Assembly: GCA_038250515.1 (NCBI GenBank)
Contig: JBBSCG010000005.1
Span: forward strand, 548 to 64,547
Direction of reading: 5' to 3'
Length of the DNA: 64,000 bases
DNA from: Candidatus Limnocylindria bacterium
Lineage (GTDB): Bacteria > Chloroflexota > Limnocylindria > QHBO01
The notes beneath the pieces were generated by a model. That model was not told the origin of the DNA. It ran no database searches and was given only the letters and a program-made list of their open reading frames with translations. Positions within the stretch are counted from its first letter, which is position 1. Every line of letters begins with the position of its first letter. Positions 40,229 to 47,994 of the stretch are shown here, in pieces. The position numbers and the translations under genes are program-made.

Positions 40229-40630
40229 TCAGACACCTCTACCGGATGATCTAGAAACGCTTCCCAGGACGCCGTTCACGAGGCGGCGGGCCGCATCTCC
40301 GGCGTAGATCCGGGCGAGGGACACGGCATCGTTGATCGCCTCCCCGCTCGGGGTCGCGGCGGAGTATAGCACCTCGAACAGCGCGCTCCGCAGGATCGTG
40401 CGCTCGACCTTGCCGAGCTCCGCGACCGGAATAGCGGGTGCAGTCAGCTTGATCCGCTCGTCGAGCTCGGACCGATGCTCCGCGACCCCGGTGACGATCC
40501 GCCGGGCGTGCTCGAGCACGTGCTCGGCGACGTCACGCTCGGCGGCGATCCGCTCGAGAGCAGCATCGGCCTGGCTGGGCCGAAACTCGGCCTCGAACAA
40601 CGCCATCAGCGCCAGGCGACGCGCGCGCAT
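40229..40630 (-). CDS. nusB: Transcription antitermination factor NusB
   Basis: [16 protein letters not shown]...[28 protein letters not shown]. Start at internal ATG 40630; the longer track ORF would overlap plsX. Confidence 0.75.
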   Translation of the reverse strand: MRARRLALMALFEAEFRPSQADAALERIAAERDVAEHVLEHARRIVTGVAEHRSELDERIKLTAPAIPVAELGKVERTILRSALFEVLYSAATPSGEAINDAVSLARIYAGDAARRLVNGVLGSVSRSSGRGV

Positions 40631-40677
40631 TCCCGAGCCGTGCTCCGCGACGGGGCTGCCGGATACCGCCACGCCGC

Positions 40678-41751
40678 TCAGGTTCCGGCTCCCGGGCCGG
40701 TGGCCAGCGTCTCCGTGCCGGCCATGCTGTCGTGCGCGTCGCTCGCCGCGCGAAGGACCGGATGGCTGCGACTCCATTCGGCGATGACCTCGGGGATCCG
40801 CGCACTGGCAGCTTCCGACGCAACACCGATGGCGTGCTCGACCATGCGCGCCTTGGCCCGTCCGTGGGTCACGATGCTCACGCCGCGCACGCCGAGCAGC
40901 GGCGAGCCACCGTATTTCTCGTAGTCGAACCGCTGCTTGATGCGCTCGAAGCCCGGCCGCAGCGCAAGGAGCGCCAGCGGAGCCATCGGCCCCTGCTGCA
41001 GGTCCGCGCGCAGCGCGCGGAAGATGTAGCCGGTCAGTCCCTCGAACAGCTTGATCACCACGTTCCCCACGAACCCGTCGCAGACGACGACGTCGGCCGC
41101 ATGGCCGATCATGTCGTGCGCCTCCACGTTGCCGACGAAGTTGAGGTCGGCGGCTGCCAGCAGCGCGTTGGCCTCGCGGGTCAAGGCGTCGCCCTTCTCC
41201 GCCTCCTCGCCGATGTTCAGCAGGCCGACGCGCGGCCGCGATACCTTCAGCACACGTTCGGCGAAGATGGCGCCCATTGCCGCGAACTGAAGGAGATTGG
41301 CCGCGCTCGAGTCGACGTTGGCGCCCACGTCGAGCAGCATGATCGGACCGCTGGCGCTGACCATGTGCGCGGGCAGCGCCGGCCGGTCGATGCCCTCGAT
41401 CCGCCCCAGGCGCAGGATCGCCGCGGCCATCTGGGCGCCGGTGGAGCCGGCGCTGACGACGGCATCGGCCTCGTGATTACGGACCAGGTCGGTGGCGACA
41501 CGGATCGAGGCCCGACGCTTGACGCGCAGAGCCGCTGCGGGGTGCTCCCCCATCTCGATCACCTCGGGCGCGTCGACGAAACGTACGCTCGCCGGTCGAC
41601 CGTGACCGTATTCGCTGATCTCACGCTCGATGCGCGGCACGTCGCCGACCAGGATCACCTCGTCAGCATGCGCCGCGGCGTAGTTCAGGGCGCCGCGCAC
41701 CACCTCTCGCGGTGCGTGATCGCCGCCCATCGCATCGACCGCGATGCGCAT
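40678..41751 (-). CDS. plsX: Phosphate acyltransferase PlsX
   Basis: MRIAVDAMGGDHAP N-terminus and full-length PlsX homology. Confidence 0.9.
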   Translation of the reverse strand: MRIAVDAMGGDHAPREVVRGALNYAAAHADEVILVGDVPRIEREISEYGHGRPASVRFVDAPEVIEMGEHPAAALRVKRRASIRVATDLVRNHEADAVVSAGSTGAQMAAAILRLGRIEGIDRPALPAHMVSASGPIMLLDVGANVDSSAANLLQFAAMGAIFAERVLKVSRPRVGLLNIGEEAEKGDALTREANALLAAADLNFVGNVEAHDMIGHAADVVVCDGFVGNVVIKLFEGLTGYIFRALRADLQQGPMAPLALLALRPGFERIKQRFDYEKYGGSPLLGVRGVSIVTHGRAKARMVEHAIGVASEAASARIPEVIAEWSRSHPVLRAASDAHDSMAGTETLATGPGAGT

Positions 41752-41764
41752 CAGCTCGGGGACG

Positions 41765-41968
41765 TCAGCCCTGGCTCTCCGCCGGCGTGACCGGCTCGAC
41801 CGGGACCGCCTCGCGTCCGGCGTAATAGCCGCAGGTCGGGCAGACGTGGTGCGCGCGCTTCAGCTCGTGACAGTGGTCGCACTCGACGAGCGGCGGCGCG
41901 CTGATCGCCAGATGAGCACGACGCTCGCCCTGACGCGCTTTCGATACTTTTCGCTTGGGAACGCCCAC
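41765..41968 (-). CDS. rpmF: 50S ribosomal protein L32 (Zn-ribbon form)
   Basis: GVPKRKVSKARQGERRAH...CxxC...CxxC. GTG start with an AGGAG SD. Confidence 0.9.
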   Translation of the reverse strand: MGVPKRKVSKARQGERRAHLAISAPPLVECDHCHELKRAHHVCPTCGYYAGREAVPVEPVTPAESQG

Positions 41969-42002
41969 GCGGAACTCCTAAGGAACAAGAACGGGACGCC
42001 GA

Positions 42003-42008
42003 AGTATA
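42003..42008 (-). promoter_or_regulatory. Promoter -10 TATACT (with TTCGCA -35 at 17-nt spacing) upstream of rpmF-plsX
   Basis: rc of agtata, about 35 nt upstream of the rpmF start. Confidence 0.4.
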
Positions 42009-42047
42009 GGGGGTAACCGATGCCATTGCGAATGCGCGGCCCGTCGA

Positions 42048-42587
42048 CTAGTGGTCGCCCGGCTGGTCGAGCAGCCGGGCCAGCGCCGCCAGCCGTGGGT
42101 CGATCTCGGCCGGCCCGTGGTCGTGCGGCCCGCTGGCCAGGCTCTGCCCGCATTCGGCGCACAGCCCCGGACAGTCAGGTCGACACAACGGGTGCATCGG
42201 CTCGGTGAGCAGCAGCTCATCGTGCAGTACGCGATCGAGCTCGACCTCGTGGTGCGCGGTGATGGCCTGCACCTCCTCGTCGTCCGATGGCTGGGCCAAC
42301 GGTGTGCCGCTCTCCGGATCGACGGAGGGCAGGAATTCCTCGGAGATCGGCACGGTCACCTCGTCGACGTACGGATCCAGGCAGCGCGCGCAGATGCACA
42401 GCATCGGCGCGGCGGCCGTGCCACGCACCAGGACGCCACGGTTCGTGCGCTGCAGGCGCACGTCAAGGTCCATCGGTCCGGCGAGCTCGACGTCGGAGCC
42501 GAGCGTGACGTAATGATCGCGCAGGTGGTAGTCGCGAATCGCGCCGGGCGGCTCATGGAGCAGCCCGACGACGTTGAATGAGGTCAT
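42048..42587 (-). CDS. yceD: YceD/DUF177 family protein (large-subunit rRNA accumulation protein)
   Basis: C-terminal CxxC...CPxCGxxL zinc-ribbon motifs. Conserved position upstream of rpmF. Confidence 0.85.
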   Translation of the reverse strand: MTSFNVVGLLHEPPGAIRDYHLRDHYVTLGSDVELAGPMDLDVRLQRTNRGVLVRGTAAAPMLCICARCLDPYVDEVTVPISEEFLPSVDPESGTPLAQPSDDEEVQAITAHHEVELDRVLHDELLLTEPMHPLCRPDCPGLCAECGQSLASGPHDHGPAEIDPRLAALARLLDQPGDH

Positions 42588-43156
42588 GGCCGCTTGGCGG
42601 GCTGGACCGGCTCCTGCTCAGTGGCGGTCCGGGGCTGCACGCCGTCGTCCGCGCGCGGCGGCTCCGGCAGACGGTGTCGGTCGTCGAGCATGTCGATCCC
42701 CCGTTTGATGCTGGTCAGCGCCTTGATGCATTCGCCCTCGAGCCGAATGAGCACACCGGCCGCGTACTCATCCGCGCCTCTGCGCACCTCGGCGGCTTCG
42801 TCGTTCGCGGCGTCGAGCAGCTCGCGTGCCCGTTGCTGGGCCATCCGCACCAGCTCGCGCTCCTCGAGCATCTGGGCCGCCTGCTCCTGGGCTCGGGCGA
42901 TGACGGCGCCGGCCTCTTCGGTTGCGTGATCGGTGATGCGCCCGGCGTCTTCGGTGATCCGCTTCGCCTGGCGCACCTCCTCGGGAACGGAGACGCGCAG
43001 CTGGTCGATCAGCTCGAGCAGGCCGGCCTGTTCGACCACGATGTTGTTCGTCAGCGGCAGCTTCTTGCCGTTTCCGACCAGCGACTCGAGACGCTCAACG
43101 AGGAAGATGATGTCCGTGGCGGGACCCTCCGACGGCTCGTGCGCAACCTGAGCCAA
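42584..43156 (-). CDS. Coiled-coil protein, DivIVA-like / hypothetical
   Basis: 190 aa, highly charged and alpha-helical (EEVRQAKRITEDAGRI...AQMLEERELVRMAQQRARELLD). TTG start. 4-nt overlap with yceD. Confidence 0.5.
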   Translation of the reverse strand: MAQVAHEPSEGPATDIIFLVERLESLVGNGKKLPLTNNIVVEQAGLLELIDQLRVSVPEEVRQAKRITEDAGRITDHATEEAGAVIARAQEQAAQMLEERELVRMAQQRARELLDAANDEAAEVRRGADEYAAGVLIRLEGECIKALTSIKRGIDMLDDRHRLPEPPRADDGVQPRTATEQEPVQPAKRP

Positions 43157-43179
43157 GTGCTGGCGATTATAGACCCGCC

Positions 43180-43671
43180 TCAGCGCACCTCATCCATGCG
43201 GGCTCGAAGCGCGTCCACGACCGGCGTCGGAACCATGCCCGACACGTCACCGCCGAACTGCGCGACCTCCTTGGCGAGCGTTGAGGACAGGTAGCCGAAC
43301 TCGAGCGCGCTCATCAGAAACGTGGTGTCAACCGAGGGCTCGAGCTTGCGGTTGGTGTGCGCCATCTGGAGCTCGGCCTCGAAGTCGCTGACTGCACGCA
43401 GCCCGCGAACAATGAAGCCGGCACCGCTGCGCCGCGCGAACTCGACCGTCAGCCCGTCGAAGGCCTGCACCTCGACATTGTCACCAAAGTCGGCCACGGA
43501 TGCGCGGACCAGCTCGACGCGCTCGCCGACGTCGAAAATCGGCTGCTTCTTCGGGTTGTTGAGCACGCCGATCACCAGGCGGTCGAAGAGCGTCGCCGCA
43601 CGCCGGGCGACGTCGAGGTGGGCGTTGGTCATGGGGTCAAACGACCCGGGAAAGACCGCGACGCGGCTCAT
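43180..43671 (-). CDS. coaD: Phosphopantetheine adenylyltransferase
   Basis: PGSFDPMTNAHLD nucleotidyltransferase motif. Confidence 0.95.
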   Translation of the reverse strand: MSRVAVFPGSFDPMTNAHLDVARRAATLFDRLVIGVLNNPKKQPIFDVGERVELVRASVADFGDNVEVQAFDGLTVEFARRSGAGFIVRGLRAVSDFEAELQMAHTNRKLEPSVDTTFLMSALEFGYLSSTLAKEVAQFGGDVSGMVPTPVVDALRARMDEVR

Positions 43672-44219
43672 GGCTCGGCTGCTCCATCGGTCTGCAGAAA
43701 GGTAAGTGACGTCTCGCCGAAGCGCCGTTCACGCCAGGCGACGAGCGCGCGTGGTGCGGGCACATCGGTCCGCCAGAAATGCTTGACGACCACCGTCGCC
43801 TCCTCGGCCAGATGCGGCAGCAGCAGCTCAAGCGGCGCGAGGATAGCACGCTCGGCGTACGGCGGATCCAAAAAGACAAGGTCATACCGATGCGCCGGCT
43901 CCGCCCTCAACACGCGCAGCACATCCCCCGATTGCACGCTTGCGCCGCCTTCGAGGTGCGCCCGCTCGAGGTTCGCGTGCAGCGCACGCACGGCTTCGCG
44001 CCCGCGCTCGACGAAGGTGCAGCTGGATGCGCCGCGCGACAGCGCCTCGATCCCAATCGCACCGCTGCCCGCGTACAGGTCAAGGACGTCGGCGTCCACC
44101 ACGCGCGCCCCGAGAATGCCAAACAGCGTTTCCTTGACCCGGTCGGTGATCGGTCGCGTTGCCCGATCGCGGGGCGCGGTGAGCGGAACGCCACGTGCCG
44201 TGCCGGCGATCACCCGCAT
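43668..44219 (-). CDS. rsmD: 16S rRNA (guanine966-N2)-methyltransferase RsmD
   Basis: DLYAGSGAIGIEALSRGA SAM-binding motif and the DPPY motif (FLDPPYA). Confidence 0.9.
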   Translation of the reverse strand: MRVIAGTARGVPLTAPRDRATRPITDRVKETLFGILGARVVDADVLDLYAGSGAIGIEALSRGASSCTFVERGREAVRALHANLERAHLEGGASVQSGDVLRVLRAEPAHRYDLVFLDPPYAERAILAPLELLLPHLAEEATVVVKHFWRTDVPAPRALVAWRERRFGETSLTFLQTDGAAEP

Positions 44220-46306
44220 CAGGCCGCGTCACCCTCCTCTTCGAGCGGCGCGAAGTCGGCGCGCAGTCGAGCCAGCTCCGGCCGATCGGCCAACGCCGGA
44301 TCGCGGGTGACGATGTCATCGGCCAGCTCTCGCGCGCGCTCGGCGAGCTTCAGGTGGCGCGGCTCGAACAACGATGCGACGCGCAGTGGTGGCAGCCCCG
44401 CCTGCCGCGTGCCGAGCAGATTGCCGGCGCCGCGCAGCTGCAGGTCCGCCTCGGCGATCGCGAATCCATCGCTGGAGCCTCGAACCACCTCCAGGCGACG
44501 GCGTGCAAGCTCGTCATCGGCGTCGGAAACGAGGATGCAGAACGACCGGTGCGGACCGCGGCCCACCCGGCCACGCAGCTGATGCAGCTGGGCGAGGCCG
44601 AACCGCTCGGCGTCCTCGACCAGCATGACCGATGCGTTCGGCACGTCGATCCCGACCTCGATCACGGTCGTCGCCACCAGCACGTCGATCTCCGCGGCAG
44701 CGAATGCCTTCATCGACTGGTCGCGGTCGGCGGCCTTCTGCTGGCCATGCACCAGGCCGATGCGCAGGTCCGGCAGCCGGCCGCGCAGCCGCTCGACCTC
44801 GGCCTCGGCCGATGCCGCCGCCAGCACCTCCGACTCGTTGACCAGCGGGACGACCACGAACGACTGCCGGCCATCGGCCGCCTCGCTCGCCAGGAAGGCC
44901 TCGATCTTCGGGAGTGCGCGACGGTCGCGCACCTCGGTGCGGATCGGCTGACGGCCGGGGGGCAGCTCGCGGATGGTGCTGATCGAGAGGTCGCCATACA
45001 CCGTCAGCCCCAGGGTGCGTGGGATGGGCGTCGCGGTCAGGGCCAGGACGTGCGGCTCGAGGTCCGCGCCCTTGGCCTGCAGTCTGGCACGCTGGCCTAC
45101 ACCGAAGCGATGCTGCTCGTCGATCACCGCCAGGCCCAGCCGCCGGAACGTCACGGCCTCGCTGATCACCGCATGCGTGCCGATCACCACGTCGACCTCA
45201 CCGGCCTCGATGGCCGCGTGGATCTCGCGCTTCTGTGCGGCCGGCAGCGAGCCGGAGAGGAACGCGGCGCGCACGCCGAGCGCCTCGAGCAGCGGCGATT
45301 GGCCGGCGTGATGCTGTCGCGCCAGGATTTCCGTCGGCGCCATGAGCGCTCCCTGCCAGCCGGCGCGCACGGCCGCGGCCAGCGCAACCGCCGCGACCGC
45401 GGTCTTGCCGCTGCCGACGTCACCCTGCAGCAGGCGGCGCATCGGCCGCTCGGCAGCAAGGTCGGCCACGATCTCGTCGATCGCAGCGCTCTGGTCACCG
45501 GTGAGCGCGAAGGGAAGCTGCGCCACGATGGCGGCCAGCTCATGCGGCGCCACGCCGATCCCCGGCGCGCGAAGGGAGCCGCGTGCGACGCGAGCCTGCG
45601 CCAGACCCAGCTGCAGTGCAAGCAGCTCGTCGAAGGCCAGCCGGTCGAGCGCCGGCCGCACATCGTCCTCGTCCTCCGGAAAGTGGACGGTGTGCAGCGC
45701 CTCGGCGAGGCCGGGAAGGCTGGCTCGCTCGTGGGCTCGCAGCGGATCTGCGATGAGCGGGAGGCATCGGTCGAGAATGCGCGCCAGGAGCTCGCGCACG
45801 CGCTTCTGGGTGACGCCGCCGGTGAGCGGATAGACCGGCACCACCCGCGCCGTGTGCAGCGACTCGAGTCCCGCCGGGGAGAAATCGGGGCTGGTGAACT
45901 GGCGGCGCCAGCCGCGCTCCGTCACTTTGCCGCTGACCACGACCTCGACGCCGGGCTTCAGCTTCGTCTCGACGTAGCGACGGCCGAACCAGATCGCCTC
46001 CGCGCTGCCGGTGTCGTCGGCGAGCTGCGCGATCACGCGCTGCGGCTTGCGGCCGAATCCCTTCTCTATCCGCACCGTTTCGACGCGGACCAGCGCCGAC
46101 TGTTTCTCGTCGGGAACAAGGCTGTCCAGCGTGCGCAGATCGCTGAAGTCGTCGTAGCGGAACGGCAGGTAGAAGAGCGCCTGCCGAGGCGTGCCGATCC
46201 CCAGCCGCTGAAGCATTGCCGCGTGACGGGCGAGGTCCGGCAGTACGCGGCGAATCGGCCCATCGAGGTCAGCCTCGCCAAGCTCGGGCGTGACAAGCTC
46301 GGTCAC
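44219..46306 (-). CDS. recG: ATP-dependent DNA helicase RecG
   Basis: Wedge domain, SF2 helicase motifs (GDVGSGKT, DEQH) and TRG motif. Confidence 0.95.
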   Translation of the reverse strand: MTELVTPELGEADLDGPIRRVLPDLARHAAMLQRLGIGTPRQALFYLPFRYDDFSDLRTLDSLVPDEKQSALVRVETVRIEKGFGRKPQRVIAQLADDTGSAEAIWFGRRYVETKLKPGVEVVVSGKVTERGWRRQFTSPDFSPAGLESLHTARVVPVYPLTGGVTQKRVRELLARILDRCLPLIADPLRAHERASLPGLAEALHTVHFPEDEDDVRPALDRLAFDELLALQLGLAQARVARGSLRAPGIGVAPHELAAIVAQLPFALTGDQSAAIDEIVADLAAERPMRRLLQGDVGSGKTAVAAVALAAAVRAGWQGALMAPTEILARQHHAGQSPLLEALGVRAAFLSGSLPAAQKREIHAAIEAGEVDVVIGTHAVISEAVTFRRLGLAVIDEQHRFGVGQRARLQAKGADLEPHVLALTATPIPRTLGLTVYGDLSISTIRELPPGRQPIRTEVRDRRALPKIEAFLASEAADGRQSFVVVPLVNESEVLAAASAEAEVERLRGRLPDLRIGLVHGQQKAADRDQSMKAFAAAEIDVLVATTVIEVGIDVPNASVMLVEDAERFGLAQLHQLRGRVGRGPHRSFCILVSDADDELARRRLEVVRGSSDGFAIAEADLQLRGAGNLLGTRQAGLPPLRVASLFEPRHLKLAERARELADDIVTRDPALADRPELARLRADFAPLEEEGDAA

Positions 46307-46896
46307 GCTGCCACGGCTCCGGTAAACGCGACGATCTGTCGAAGCGGGGGTCGGTACCCGTCGGTGGTGTCGACGCGGAGAATGGGGATCTCGAGGCGCA
46401 GCGGCTCGAAGCGACCGCCCTCCAGCTCCAGCCTGAGGTCTGCCTGCCGCAGGATGTCCTTGTGTGCGGGATGCCGATCGGGGGCGCCGGTTCGTGCGGC
46501 GTAACGCGCGTGGAGAAGCTCGGCGGCCGCCTGGCAGTGAATCAGGGTCGCAACGCTTGCGGCGACGAACGGCCGCAGCTCAGGCTCGGAGCGGTCACGT
46601 CTGAAGTTGCTCTCGACGATGGCGCCCAACCCGGCTGAGAGCAGACTGCGGAGCACGTCGCACAGAAGGGCGTATGCCGCATCGCCCAGTCGCCGGGAAG
46701 CTTCAAGATCGGGTGCGCCAAGCACGTCGGCGAGCGTCTCCTTCATGCCATCCTTGGTCAGCAACGGCAGCCGCAGCTCGCCGGCAAGCCGGTTTGCCAG
46801 CGTTGTCTTGCCGCTGCCGGGGGCGCCGGACACGATGACGAGCGTAGGTCTCCTCGGGCCACTCAATTGCACCGCCCGATCGTAGCGTGCTACCAT
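46303..46896 (-). CDS. P-loop NTPase / AAA_33-like small kinase, hypothetical
   Basis: VSGAPGSGKTTLA Walker A. About 198 aa. Stop overlaps the recG start. Confidence 0.6.
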   Translation of the reverse strand: MVARYDRAVQLSGPRRPTLVIVSGAPGSGKTTLANRLAGELRLPLLTKDGMKETLADVLGAPDLEASRRLGDAAYALLCDVLRSLLSAGLGAIVESNFRRDRSEPELRPFVAASVATLIHCQAAAELLHARYAARTGAPDRHPAHKDILRQADLRLELEGGRFEPLRLEIPILRVDTTDGYRPPLRQIVAFTGAVAA

Positions 46897-46959
46897 CGTC
46901 GTCGCTCCGGCGCCGCCCAACGTGCGCGCCGGTTCGTTCGTGACTGGAGACCCTCTTAC

Positions 46960-47151
46960 ATGGCACGTCAGTGCGATATCTGCGGCAAGAAGCCGATTAC
47001 CGGCTGGAATCCGCAGTCGGTCGGGATGAACCGTAAGCGCGCCCTGCGCCGCTGGCTCCCGAACCTGCAGCCGCTGGTGGTGCAGCGTGACGGGCACGCG
47101 GTCAACGTCAAGGCCTGCTCACGCTGCCGTCGGACCGCCCAGAAGGTCTGA
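46960..47151 (+). CDS. rpmB: 50S ribosomal protein L28
   Basis: MARQCDICGKKPITGWN. 63 aa. GGAGAC SD 9 nt upstream. Confidence 0.9.
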   Translation: MARQCDICGKKPITGWNPQSVGMNRKRALRRWLPNLQPLVVQRDGHAVNVKACSRCRRTAQKV

Positions 47152-47172
47152 CCCTCGCCGCCTGACCGATGC

Positions 47173-47204
47173 GCCCGCCTCGTCCGAGGCGGGCTTCGTT
47201 GTTT
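47173..47204 (+). terminator. Rho-independent terminator of rpmB
   Basis: GCCCGCCTCG-tc-CGAGGCGGGC 10-bp perfect stem followed by TTCGTTGTTT. Confidence 0.7.
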
Positions 47205-47531
47205 CCGGCGCGGAATTGCAGCCGGACTCGCTGGGCGGTGCAAATGTCGGTCTGAGCAGCGGTATCCCAGTCCAGCGAGCGTCGCGCGCGCGGCAGCACG
47301 CGTGTCCACGCTCAGCCAAGTGGCTTCGGCCGCTTGCGCGACCGTCCCGACCACGTTGGCGCGATTCACGCCGACATGGCGGTCGGGGGGTTCGCGGGTC
47401 GAGTGGAACGCTGACCGAGCGAATTGACGAAGAAGGACTTAGCAAGGTCCCAAATCGGACCAAAATCGGCCCGTTCCCCTTCCTTCGCTGACTCGCACGC
47501 TGAGCGTTCCAAGAACGAACGGGTAGACGGG

Positions 47532-47990
47532 TCAGCCCGACGGCAGGTCGCGGTCCGAGTCGAGAACCAGCGTGAACGGGCCGTCGTTGACGAGCTCGAC
47601 CTCCATCGAGGCGCCGAAGCGACCTGTCGCAACCTCGAAGCCCAGCCCGCGAAGCCGGTCAACGAAGCGCTCGATCAGCGGTTCGGCCATGTCGGGAACT
47701 GCAGCGCCGGTGAAGCCGGGTCGCCGGCCGCGACGCACGTCGGCCAGCAGCGTGAACTGGCTCACCACCAGGAATGAGCCGCCGGCATCGGCCGCTGCCA
47801 GGTTGGTGCGACCCGACTCGTCCTCGAAATAGCGCAGTCCGCCGAGTTTGTCGGCCATGCGATCGATGCGCTCCTTGGTATCGCTCGGCGCCACTCCCGC
47901 CAGCACCACCGCTCCCCGACCTATCTCGCCCACTGCCTGGCCACCGACGCGCACGACGGCGCGCGTCACGCGCTGCACGACCAGGCGCAT
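47532..47990 (-). CDS. dtd: D-aminoacyl-tRNA deacylase
   Basis: MRLVVQRV...SQFTL...NDGPFT(L) signature motifs. Confidence 0.95.
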   Translation of the reverse strand: MRLVVQRVTRAVVRVGGQAVGEIGRGAVVLAGVAPSDTKERIDRMADKLGGLRYFEDESGRTNLAAADAGGSFLVVSQFTLLADVRRGRRPGFTGAAVPDMAEPLIERFVDRLRGLGFEVATGRFGASMEVELVNDGPFTLVLDSDRDLPSG

Positions 47991-47994
47991 CGGT

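Noticed and set aside
43166-43171. Perfect TATAAT on the minus strand between coaD and the coiled-coil gene
   Set aside because: It sits only 9 nt from the TTG start and within a 24-nt spacer of a tightly coupled operon, so it is most likely coincidental. There is no -35, and the TTG start is unsuited to leaderless initiation.
47205-47531. tRNA or other structured RNA gene in the rpmB-dtd spacer
   Set aside because: No T-arm (GTTCGA/GTTCAA + stem) or acceptor/CCA features on either strand. Kept only as a candidate sRNA region in findings.
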